This document shows positions 18,913 through 27,789 of a DNA stretch of 32,497 nucleotides, in pieces. Where the stretch lies: sequence record SRR20825019_2041; one strand, written 5' to 3'. The notes beneath the pieces are model-generated. The model did no database searches. It had not been told where the DNA came from and was given only the letters and a program-made list of their open reading frames with translations. Every line of letters begins with the position of its first letter. The first letter of the stretch is position 1. The position numbers were made by a program, and so were the translations under genes.

Positions 18913-20424
18913 ATGTCTGATACAATTCATATCTATTGGCCCGGGGATTACCGGAAAGTCCCAAATGATATGGCAATGCCGATGGTCGAAGCAACCACGG
19001 TACAGCTTGAAAAAGCCCTCAACAAACTTGGGCGTAAGCATAAGCGGACAGGTGGCATTCTCAGTAAACCAAATGAAGCTATCTCAACCTTGGGTCCAAT
19101 TGATGACCCGCTAATTGGCGTCTACAGTCACTGGGTTTACGGCCCTCACACCACAGATGGGGTGGTTGGAAAAGATAGCCCCCTTCTTCTCGCCAGCAAC
19201 TTTGATGGCACATGGCCCGGTCTTGTCGGCCTTCTGAACACAGCTGCTTGCCTTGAAATGGTGGCCCGTAAATCCAGCCGCATCTGGACTGATGCGAAGG
19301 ACTGGACATCTGACGAAACCTTCATGGATAGCTTGAAAGAATGGTGTGACACAGGTGGTATCCGCTATGACACGAGTGCTCTAACATATAATGCTCCAGT
19401 TTCTGCTCCTGCCGCGGCGACTGCAGATAAAGTACTTGCCGAGTTTAAAGCACGCCGCCCCTTGGCTCTTATGCTTGGCGACACGTCCATGGGCATGACC
19501 AATGGGTATTTTGGGTCCCGCTTCCTCTCGAAAATAGGGTTTAGCGAGCATAAAGTGGACCAAGCTTGGATCATTGAACGCGGCAAATCCATTAGGCAAA
19601 ATCGAATTGAAGAGGCTTATAAATTTGTCTGTGATAAGGGAGTCACTTTCCATTATGGCGGTGATTTTGGGCCTGAGGCTACAAAAGAGCAGCTCCGCGA
19701 TTATTTTGTAGTGCTTGATCTGCTCGCCGAATTTGAAGCCGACTGTGTGGGCTGGCAGTATCAGCTTGGCCTGATTGGATCGCGAGCCCCCTCTGACTTT
19801 GCGGAAGGCCTTCTTAACTCTACATGCCGCCCGGAAAGCAATGGCGATACCTATACAGACGCCACCGAAGCAGACCAAGGAAACCTTATTCCACAAGAGA
19901 TGATGAAGCGTCTTTTAAAGGTAAAAGGGCTGCACCAAGCAGTGTTCTTCCATGATATTCGTTGGGGCGCCGAGCACGATGGACGCTTCCTTTGGGTTCT
20001 TTTAAACTCAGGGTCCAGTGGCGCTTATGCTTTCAATCAGGACCCTGACACATTGAAAGGCGTACACAGCTACCGCCAACCTGCCGCTTATTTTCCCATT
20101 CCGGGCGGTACCTTTGCGGGGGAAAGCAAGGCTGGCGATATTACTTGGGCGCGCTCCTATGTTCAGGACGGTGATCTATGGATGGACCTTGGCTGCGGAG
20201 AAGTTGTGGAGCTTCCAGCAAGCGTTCGGGACAGCTGGTGGAACGGAACCACTCGCGAATGGCCATTTATGGCAGCTGACCTTGGTATAGGCCGAGATAC
20301 CCTGATGGCCCATTATATGAGCAACCATATTGCTGTTGTGTATGGCGATATCTTTGAAGAAATGCTCGCCCTCTCAAAAGTCATGGGCTTCAAAATCCGC
20401 ATTATGAAAGATTTGAGAGCCTAA
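18913..20424 (+). CDS. L-fucose/D-arabinose isomerase-like protein
   Basis: WPGLVGLL, GWQYQ, and ATEAD / FHDIRW / SNHI motifs that parallel the catalytic Glu, Asp and metal-binding His of FucI. Sits directly upstream of a sugar kinase. Confidence 0.75.
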   Translation: MSDTIHIYWPGDYRKVPNDMAMPMVEATTVQLEKALNKLGRKHKRTGGILSKPNEAISTLGPIDDPLIGVYSHWVYGPHTTDGVVGKDSPLLLASNFDGTWPGLVGLLNTAACLEMVARKSSRIWTDAKDWTSDETFMDSLKEWCDTGGIRYDTSALTYNAPVSAPAAATADKVLAEFKARRPLALMLGDTSMGMTNGYFGSRFLSKIGFSEHKVDQAWIIERGKSIRQNRIEEAYKFVCDKGVTFHYGGDFGPEATKEQLRDYFVVLDLLAEFEADCVGWQYQLGLIGSRAPSDFAEGLLNSTCRPESNGDTYTDATEADQGNLIPQEMMKRLLKVKGLHQAVFFHDIRWGAEHDGRFLWVLLNSGSSGAYAFNQDPDTLKGVHSYRQPAAYFPIPGGTFAGESKAGDITWARSYVQDGDLWMDLGCGEVVELPASVRDSWWNGTTREWPFMAADLGIGRDTLMAHYMSNHIAVVYGDIFEEMLALSKVMGFKIRIMKDLRA

Positions 20425-20426
20425 CC

Positions 20427-21932
20427 ATGAGCAAGAGATACGTTATCGGAATTGACGGAGGCACAGAAAGCCTGCGCGCGGGTGTGTTTGACCTCAGTGG
20501 GAACCCTATTAGCTTTGCAGCGACACAGTACTCGACACAGTTCCCAGCATCTGGATGGGCCGAGCAAAACCCAGATGACTGGTGGCGTGCCCTGGTCAGG
20601 TCGGTAAAACAAGCCGTTCAGAATGCAAGCATCAAGAGCTCAGATATCCTGGGCCTTGCTGTCGACACTACCTGCTGCTCGGTGTTAATGCTTGACAAAA
20701 ATGGCGCCCCCATCCGCCCCGCCCTTATATGGATGGATGTTCGCTCTGATGCAGAAGCTGCTAAAATTCTGGCGGCAGGTGACATCGCTCTTTCAGTGAA
20801 TAGTAATGGCAATGGTCCTGTGTCAGCGGAGTGGATGCTGCCGAAGGCATTATGGCTTAAAACTAATGAGCCCAGAAACTGGGACAAAGCCCAAACGGTT
20901 TGCGAATATCAGGACTATATTAATTATAGGCTCACAGGGCGCATGTGCAGCAGCGTGAACAATGTCGGGGTACGCTGGCACCACCAAGGAAAAGAAGGAC
21001 GCCCTCTTGGACTACTGCATGCAGCAGGCCTGTCAGACCTTGCGGACAAATGGCCAGAAGACACGCTTGAACTCGGGGAAGTAGTGAGCCATTTGCATCC
21101 GCAGGTCGCGGAAGAACTGGGCTTATCGGCCGACATTCCTGTTGCGCAAGGAGGCGCTGATGCATTCATCGGTATGATTGGCGTTGGCGTAACCAAACCG
21201 GGTGCTCTCGCCTTCATCACTGGGTCTTCACACCTTCATTTGGGCCTGAGTGACAAACCCTTTCACGCACCCGGAGTGTGGGGGACATATCTGGATGCCC
21301 TTATCCCGGGCTTGCACGTGGTTGAGGGCGGTCAAACCTCTACAGGCTCTGTTGTTAACTGGTTTAAACGCACCCTTGCAGCAAACAACAGTTACAGAGA
21401 GCTGGACGCAGAAGCAATGCTATTGCCGTCGGGATCAGACGGCGTCATAGCGCTGGATCATTTTCAAGGGAATCGCACGCCTTATACTGACGCTTTATCT
21501 CGCGGTGCTTTCATTGGCCTTTCACTGGGTCATAGCCGCGCCCACATGCACCGCGCTCTGATGGAAAGCGTGGCGATGGGGTCCCGCTTGATTCTAGAGA
21601 CCATGCAAAAGGGAGGCTTTGAGCCTCATGATATTGTGCTCTCTGGAGGTGTGACCAATTCCCCACTCTGGTTGCAAATTCATGCGGATATCATCGGAAA
21701 ACCGCTTCATCTTACAGAGGTTGCCAATGCGCCAGCACTCGGCTGCGCTATTCTTGCATCTGTCGGGGCAGGAGTTTATTCAGATATCGAAGAAGCTGCA
21801 ATGGCCATGGTGCGCCGAACACGTACAATTAAACCGTCAAAATATAGCTCTGAGTATGACGACCCATATGCTACTTACAAGTCGCTTTATGGTGCCTTGA
21901 AATCTGTCCGCCAGCCAGGACGCAACCGTTGA
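20427..21932 (+). CDS. FGGY-family carbohydrate kinase (ribulokinase-like)
   Basis: IGIDGGTESLR, WAEQNPDDWW, ALIWMDVR, GGADA, EGGQTSTG, DHFQGNRTP, SGG..SPLWLQIHADI, ALGCAILA. Confidence 0.9.
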   Translation: MSKRYVIGIDGGTESLRAGVFDLSGNPISFAATQYSTQFPASGWAEQNPDDWWRALVRSVKQAVQNASIKSSDILGLAVDTTCCSVLMLDKNGAPIRPALIWMDVRSDAEAAKILAAGDIALSVNSNGNGPVSAEWMLPKALWLKTNEPRNWDKAQTVCEYQDYINYRLTGRMCSSVNNVGVRWHHQGKEGRPLGLLHAAGLSDLADKWPEDTLELGEVVSHLHPQVAEELGLSADIPVAQGGADAFIGMIGVGVTKPGALAFITGSSHLHLGLSDKPFHAPGVWGTYLDALIPGLHVVEGGQTSTGSVVNWFKRTLAANNSYRELDAEAMLLPSGSDGVIALDHFQGNRTPYTDALSRGAFIGLSLGHSRAHMHRALMESVAMGSRLILETMQKGGFEPHDIVLSGGVTNSPLWLQIHADIIGKPLHLTEVANAPALGCAILASVGAGVYSDIEEAAMAMVRRTRTIKPSKYSSEYDDPYATYKSLYGALKSVRQPGRNR

Positions 21933-22873
21933 GCACACCCTCAAAAGAAGCTCGCGCTTTTCTTGAAAGTTTACCCCCTTTTGAGGAAAGACCCTTTCCA
22001 CCAGAAATCGGTGACTTTTCCGCTTGGGCTGCCTGGCAAGCCCACATTGAGAAAGTCGCCGGTGAGCGCTCAGAAAAAACCATACAAGACTATTACGATC
22101 AGATTAAACCTGTAGCTTTCAAGGAGGCGGGCGGGCTGGAAATAGCAGAAATCACCCCCACTCAAAAAGATAAAAGTGTGCCGCCTCTCATCTTTTTGCA
22201 CGGCGGGGCATACGTGGGGTTTTCAGCCCGTTCCAGTCTGTTCGCGACCATACCGCTTGCTATCAGGCTAGGCACCACTGTTACCAGTGTTTGTTACCCG
22301 CTGGCGCCTCAGTCCAGTTTCCAGAGCGTTGTACCTGCAGCAGCTAAGACAATTATAAGCCTTATGAAACCAGGCTTTGCCTTGATGGGCGATTCAGCGG
22401 GTGGTGGGCTTGCTATCTCTGTAACGCAGTATATGAAGCGGATGAAGGAACGCCTTCCCGCCAGTTTGGTGCTGTCATCGCCGTGGGTAGACCTGACAGC
22501 GAGTGACAGGATAGATGACCCAATACTGCGCTTCAAAAACGACTTGGAGGTCTGCGCGAAAGCCTATGCCGCTGACGATGCCAAAAACCCTATGGCTTCT
22601 CCGCTTTATGACACCTTTACCGGCGATTTTCCACGCGTTCTAACACAAATGGGGGAGCGAGAAATCTTTGTCTCTTCCGTTGAAGCCTTTCATACCAAAC
22701 TTACTAGTGCCGGCATTGTAAACGTCTTGAAAGTTTATGACGGCATGTACCACTCGTTCCCTGTCCTCACACCCGAAGTACCTGAAAGTGTGGTCGCCTT
22801 TAGACAGCTCAAAAGCTTCCTGAAAAACAATCATATGAACATTGGACCAAATAATGACCCACAGCAGAATTGA
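21929..22873 (+). CDS. Alpha/beta hydrolase, hormone-sensitive lipase (HSL) family esterase
   Basis: FLHGGAY oxyanion loop, YPLAP, GDSAGG nucleophile, SPWVDL, ASPL, GMYHSF. TTG start overlaps the kinase stop. Confidence 0.88.
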   Translation: MSTPSKEARAFLESLPPFEERPFPPEIGDFSAWAAWQAHIEKVAGERSEKTIQDYYDQIKPVAFKEAGGLEIAEITPTQKDKSVPPLIFLHGGAYVGFSARSSLFATIPLAIRLGTTVTSVCYPLAPQSSFQSVVPAAAKTIISLMKPGFALMGDSAGGGLAISVTQYMKRMKERLPASLVLSSPWVDLTASDRIDDPILRFKNDLEVCAKAYAADDAKNPMASPLYDTFTGDFPRVLTQMGEREIFVSSVEAFHTKLTSAGIVNVLKVYDGMYHSFPVLTPEVPESVVAFRQLKSFLKNNHMNIGPNNDPQQN

Positions 22874-23345
22874 CAAAAAGCTGAAAACCCTGAACCTCCA
22901 GCTTGCTGAGGCGATGCAACTACCCGAAGGACTGGTGCTGCCCTTTGTTGGCGCAAAAATACTAGGCAAGAGGGTCGTAATTTCTGGTCATCTGCCCCTG
23001 AATACTGACGGCAGTATCCATGAAATACGTGGCAAAGTGGGTGATGAAGTTTCCATTGAGGAAGCATACCTGTCGGCCAAGCTTGCAACCCTTGCCATGC
23101 TCGGCACCTTAAAGCGTACAATTGGAAGCCTCGACAGAGTTGAAAACTGGGTCCGTATTCTGGGTATGGTGAATGTAACGCCCGGCTGCACTCAGACGGC
23201 CCCAGTTATCAATGGCTGTTCGGACCTCCTGATTGAACTGTTTGGGCCTGAAGTGGGCAGTCATACACGCTCCGCAGTCGGCTTTGCAGAACTTCCGTTT
23301 GACTGCCCGGTTGAAATTGAGGGCGAGGTTGAAATTACCCTCTAG
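22854..23345 (+). CDS. RidA/YjgF-family protein (Rid1-like imine hydrolase)
   Basis: ISGHLP, GKVG..VSIEEA, GSLDRV, VINGCSDLLIELFG, HTRSAVG (conserved Arg), LPFDCPVEIE. Confidence 0.9.
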   Translation: MTHSRIDKKLKTLNLQLAEAMQLPEGLVLPFVGAKILGKRVVISGHLPLNTDGSIHEIRGKVGDEVSIEEAYLSAKLATLAMLGTLKRTIGSLDRVENWVRILGMVNVTPGCTQTAPVINGCSDLLIELFGPEVGSHTRSAVGFAELPFDCPVEIEGEVEITL

Positions 23346-25237
23346 GCCATTTGCCACCCCAGGACATTATATGGCAGTAGCAGCAGGGCGCTGATCGCTG
23401 CCATAACCATGAAAAGCCCTAGGACAACCCGTGCTTTTACTGTGTCGGCTTTCAACGCACGCCAAAACGACCAAAGGGCTCCAATAATAAGCACATGATA
23501 CGCCAGAATAAAAAGCCCGATACGCCCGACATGTCCTGCATAAAATGGCGTAATCAGGCTCCCTCCTTCAGATAACCCCACAGTTGCAGTCAAAACCATC
23601 AACAAGCTTGCCGCACCAATCATGATGGCTGGCATTATATCCTTGCCAGCCCCCAATAAAAAAGGAGCAGCCAACCCAAAAACAGATAGCAGGATCACAA
23701 TATGCAAAATAATCGCATGCACTTTACTGCTAGCTATCACCGGTATTTTGGTGAATGTATAGATGCCAAGATCATGACTGATCGTCATAACTCCAGTTCT
23801 GCTATTCTCTGCAAACACCATCATGGGACGCCCCGGTGCATCCAACATAAAGCGGCCCTCACCCACAGGCACAAACGGCCCACCACCATTGAGATAAAGC
23901 CCGCCTTCTCCCACTGTTACATCGAGGATGCCTGCCCCGAAATATACGAGCGATGCTAATGCCTCCACACTGTGGTACGGGCGCCTATCGGCTTGATATG
24001 TCCCAGCGTAAGCCTCCACGGGTATCTCTATGGCGGGCAATATAGGGCGCTTGTCCCCGAGAAACTGCTGCAAAAAGTTACTGTGCAGCGACGATGCAGA
24101 TAAAAGTGCTGGTGATGGCTTCGGCCCCAGGGATGGAACAACTGCACTAAGAAACCGGTCCACGACCCCATGCGGTTCTGCCTCGCTGAACAGGGTAACA
24201 TAAAAACCAAGATGCTCCTCAGGCACCATAGTCATCCACGTATGAAAGCCCGCCCAGTTACCGCCGTGGGAGACAACCTTTTTGCCTGCCCATTTATCAA
24301 CGAAAAACACCATACCCAGGCCCCCAATTTCTGGGTGGTTTGCCGCTAAACGTACGAATAATTTTTCTTGCAATTGTTGGCCGTGCTCTGGCCAACCTTC
24401 CATATGCGCGTTCATATAAAGCGCCATGTCATGTGCGGTTGCTACAATAGATCCCGTCTGAGCCACAGCTGGGTTAATAGCGGTAAATGGAACAGGTCCT
24501 GTCATCCCACCCGCCGAGACAATTCCAGGGACCGCAAGCCCCTCAGGCTCTTGTATGGTAACGACAAGTTCAGTTTCGCTCATACCAAGTGGTTCAAAGA
24601 TGCGGGCTTCCATAACGTCATTAATTGGTTGCCTTGTGATATCTTCAATAACTAATCCGAGTGTAGCGACACCAAAGTTAGAATAGACCACTTTTTCACC
24701 TACAGGGCGCGTAAAGTCAGGCCTCAAAGTATCATAGAGCTCGGCATCAACGGGTATTGAGACAGGCCTGTCACTTCCTATGAAAAAGAACCTATCTTCA
24801 AATCCAGCTGTGTGGGTTAGCAGATGTTTAAGCGTAATGGCCACACCGCCGTTATCAGGAAGTTGATAGCGTTTCAGATATTTGTTGGCCGGGTCATCAA
24901 GGGACTGTATTTTCCCTTCCTGCATAAGCTGGGCAATGATGGTTGCCGTAAAAGTTTTTGTGGTGGAACCAATACGCGACCGGGTTACTGCCGGATCTGC
25001 AGCTTCTCCTGTCAGAACATTCCCCTGACCATACCCCTTTTCCAGTACAATCCGCCCGTCCTTGACCACACTGACAACCGCTCCAGTTACACGGCCTGCC
25101 TTGACAAGACTGCCTACGGCTCCATCTGCCCATTTTTCCATCTCATTTTGCTGCGCCTCCACAGCGTGGACAGATGCCCCAGCGACAACGAAACATATGA
25201 AACCTGCAAATAATTTCTGGATGTTTTTCACAGACAT
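23342..25237 (-). CDS. Serine hydrolase of the beta-lactamase/D-peptidase fold (S12-like) with signal peptide and C-terminal TM helices
   Basis: IGSTTK (SxxK), LLTHTAG, YSN, SHGG. N-terminal signal ending SVHA and about 4 C-terminal hydrophobic segments. Confidence 0.88.
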   Translation of the reverse strand: MSVKNIQKLFAGFICFVVAGASVHAVEAQQNEMEKWADGAVGSLVKAGRVTGAVVSVVKDGRIVLEKGYGQGNVLTGEAADPAVTRSRIGSTTKTFTATIIAQLMQEGKIQSLDDPANKYLKRYQLPDNGGVAITLKHLLTHTAGFEDRFFFIGSDRPVSIPVDAELYDTLRPDFTRPVGEKVVYSNFGVATLGLVIEDITRQPINDVMEARIFEPLGMSETELVVTIQEPEGLAVPGIVSAGGMTGPVPFTAINPAVAQTGSIVATAHDMALYMNAHMEGWPEHGQQLQEKLFVRLAANHPEIGGLGMVFFVDKWAGKKVVSHGGNWAGFHTWMTMVPEEHLGFYVTLFSEAEPHGVVDRFLSAVVPSLGPKPSPALLSASSLHSNFLQQFLGDKRPILPAIEIPVEAYAGTYQADRRPYHSVEALASLVYFGAGILDVTVGEGGLYLNGGGPFVPVGEGRFMLDAPGRPMMVFAENSRTGVMTISHDLGIYTFTKIPVIASSKVHAIILHIVILLSVFGLAAPFLLGAGKDIMPAIMIGAASLLMVLTATVGLSEGGSLITPFYAGHVGRIGLFILAYHVLIIGALWSFWRALKADTVKARVVLGLFMVMAAISALLLLPYNVLGWQMA

Positions 25238-25264
25238 TATTTTCCCCTCTGTCATTCTTAACGA

Positions 25265-25300
25265 AGAACGCCTGCGACACTCTCATGCCACAGGCGTTCT
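25265..25300 (-). terminator. Intergenic hairpin between the TonB-dependent receptor and the serine hydrolase
   Basis: AGAACGCCTG (25265-25274) and CAGGCGTTCT (25291-25300) form a perfect 10-bp stem, extendable by G-U pairs on the minus transcript. The U-tail is weak. Confidence 0.55.
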
Positions 25301-25336
25301 ACTCAATTCCAGTGATAGCTCATCAGCTATTCTACC

Positions 25337-27592
25337 TTAGAAATCTACCTTGAAGACGGCACCTACAGTCCGTGGCTGCAAGACGTTTGCTGTTGCACGT
25401 GTAAAGCCAACAAGTGGACGTGCACTACCGCCGGTAAAGGCATATTTATCGAAGATATTGCGAGCGTAAATAGACGCTGTCACACTGCCAATTCTTATAC
25501 CGAAGCTCACATTAGCCGTCACATAGTCTTCGATTGGGAAGTTAGCTATCAGCGGTGTAATTGTCGTGCCATCTTCGCCTACGCCGCCCTCATAACCAGT
25601 ATCTTTTGAGCCGACATACCTCACACCTGCATTGACAAAGCCATCAACTTTGTCCGTAAGCGGGAAATCATATGTACCCCGAATAGAGGCCGTCCACTCA
25701 GGGAGCAAATGCATATTTTCACCAGCAAGTGCACCAAAGCCTGCGGTCTCGTCATCATCAAGCGTGCTATGCGAATAGGACAGGCTGGAGATGAGCTGGA
25801 AGCCATCAGAAACCTGCACACTCAAGCTGCCTTCAAAACCGTACGCTGTTACGTCACTATTCGCGTTACCGCCTGTCGATGCACCGTTCACGAACGTCAC
25901 CACTTGCAGGTTTGACCAGTCGATGTACCAGAGGGCCATATCATAGTTTACCTTACTGTCCGCAAGTGCCCCTTTGGCGCCCACCTCATAGCTCCAGAGT
26001 GTGTCTGTCGCGATAATAGCAGGAGCAGCGTTATTACCGCTGGCATCCAAAAGGGGCAGGTTTGCATTTTCCGGACGATACCCGCTTGCCACCCGTGCAT
26101 ACAGAGACAGGTCAGGATTTGGACGATAGCGTGCTGTGAAGCTATAGGTGTCAACTGTGTCGCTGCTGGATGTTTCCGGCAGGTTAGCCACAATAAGACC
26201 TGGACCATCAATTAATGAAACCGCTGAATCGATCCATGCTAAGCGCGCGCCGACGGTCACATCAAAATTATCATTTAGATAATATGTACCGTTTCCAAAG
26301 AGCGCGAACTCTTCAACACCGCTGCCGAGGTCTACGTCGAGAGCAAGGAACCCGCTTGGGAAGCCTTCAAGGCGCTGAATATTACTACTATCTTCGTCAG
26401 AATAGATACCACCAATCGACCACTCAAACGACTGGTTCTCTTTGGATGTTAAGCGTATTTCCTGAACAAAGCGCTCTGTCTTAATAAGACCTGTAAAGGG
26501 TGCTGATGTCACGGAGCCCGGCGCACCACCAGAAAGTAACTCAATAAGAGACCCGAACGTGGCAACCAGATCGGCAGCGTTCGAGTTTACACGGTCCTGA
26601 TAGCTGGTAGATGATGTGAAATCTCCCCACCCAAAATCATAAATTAAGGTACCGGCATACAGAGTAAATTCATCATTGAGGTCATTTTCTCCCTCGTCCG
26701 TGCTATATGGCCCATTCACCGGCTCATATGGAGGGCCTTGAATAACAACCGTATTAGCTCCTGATGTTTCAACATCTGTGTGCACGAACAAAAAGTTCCC
26801 TGACAAGTTTTCTGTCGGGTTGGCTGTCATCTTCGCGTAAATGCCATAGCGGTTAAAACTGTCAACATCCACCGCTGCACCAGTTGGTGATGCCGCAATC
26901 CGGTCAATGAACCCATCGAAGTGTTCGTGATAACCGGCAACGCTGATGCCCAGTTTATCTTTAATAATCGGGCTGCTAATGCGACCACTGAAATTGGTGT
27001 TAAACCCCCCTTCTTTCGTTGCTGACAAGTCTGCTTTTACATTACCTTCGAAGCCATTACTTGAAGGGTCTTTAGTGATATAACGAACCACACCGCCCAT
27101 GGACGAACTGCCATAAAGAGTTCCTTGTGGCCCCTTAATCAACTCCACCCGTTCCACATCACCAGACAGCGCATCAAAATGTAATGATGGCCCAGCCGCA
27201 AACGAATTGCTTGATCCTAGTGGCACATCATCCAGATAGATGCCTACAGTTGAGGCGCGGCCTGCCTGTGACACCCCCCGCATGGTGATAGTATTGCCCG
27301 TAGGCAAACCACCGCCTGCATAATGAACACCCGGTGCGAAATCAATAACATCACGCAACTTGGTAAGCCCATTAACACTAAACTCTTCCGGGTTAATAGC
27401 GGTTACCGACAGCGCCGTATCCTGCAAAGTCACAGCCCGGCGGGACGCAGTAATTGTTATTTCCTCAAATCCACTAAATTCTTCACTCTCTTGCGCAGGT
27501 GCATTCTGTGCATAGGCAACCTGCGATCCTAGGGTTGCTAGTGCTATAAAAGAGGTACCTGCCAAAAATTGACGATATTTTGCTTGTGCCAT
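25337..27592 (-). CDS. TonB-dependent outer membrane receptor
   Basis: Signal peptide ending AYA-Q, TonB box EEITITASRR, plug motif RVELIKGPQGTLYG..SMGGVVRYIT, NIFDK, terminal Phe. Start set at ATG 27592 after GGGAGGA. Confidence 0.95.
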   Translation of the reverse strand: MAQAKYRQFLAGTSFIALATLGSQVAYAQNAPAQESEEFSGFEEITITASRRAVTLQDTALSVTAINPEEFSVNGLTKLRDVIDFAPGVHYAGGGLPTGNTITMRGVSQAGRASTVGIYLDDVPLGSSNSFAAGPSLHFDALSGDVERVELIKGPQGTLYGSSSMGGVVRYITKDPSSNGFEGNVKADLSATKEGGFNTNFSGRISSPIIKDKLGISVAGYHEHFDGFIDRIAASPTGAAVDVDSFNRYGIYAKMTANPTENLSGNFLFVHTDVETSGANTVVIQGPPYEPVNGPYSTDEGENDLNDEFTLYAGTLIYDFGWGDFTSSTSYQDRVNSNAADLVATFGSLIELLSGGAPGSVTSAPFTGLIKTERFVQEIRLTSKENQSFEWSIGGIYSDEDSSNIQRLEGFPSGFLALDVDLGSGVEEFALFGNGTYYLNDNFDVTVGARLAWIDSAVSLIDGPGLIVANLPETSSSDTVDTYSFTARYRPNPDLSLYARVASGYRPENANLPLLDASGNNAAPAIIATDTLWSYEVGAKGALADSKVNYDMALWYIDWSNLQVVTFVNGASTGGNANSDVTAYGFEGSLSVQVSDGFQLISSLSYSHSTLDDDETAGFGALAGENMHLLPEWTASIRGTYDFPLTDKVDGFVNAGVRYVGSKDTGYEGGVGEDGTTITPLIANFPIEDYVTANVSFGIRIGSVTASIYARNIFDKYAFTGGSARPLVGFTRATANVLQPRTVGAVFKVDF

Positions 27593-27632
27593 TAATTCCT
27601 CCCACACAAGTGCATTATGAATTGTCATAGCG

Positions 27633-27678
27633 ACAAAATTTTCAATAATGAAAATATTTTCATAAATTGAAATTTTGT
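27633..27678. promoter_or_regulatory. Tandem palindromic operator upstream of the TonB-dependent receptor
   Basis: Perfect TTTTCA-ATAA-TGAAAA (27639-27654) abuts a second degenerate copy. Together they form a ~46-bp near-palindrome centred on ATGAAAATATTTTCAT (27648-27663). Confidence 0.6.
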
Positions 27679-27789
27679 GCAAGATTAAAGTAGGAGCGAT
27701 TACAAAGCGGCGATGATCAGAAGCCATAAGTTGTAATTGTCTCTACTTTACAATTTTCTGATTGAAAAATTAGATCGAGGGGATGTGGT

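Noticed and set aside
14095-25237. Canonical microcystin degradation (mlrABCD) cluster
   Set aside because: Only family-level resemblance to MlrC and MlrB. No CAAX-protease-like mlrA or PTR2-type mlrD is present, and M81 proteins are widespread.
23342-25237. Antibiotic-resistance beta-lactamase
   Set aside because: It has HGG rather than KTG in the third motif, extra TM helices and a catabolic context, which point to a peptidase or amidase.
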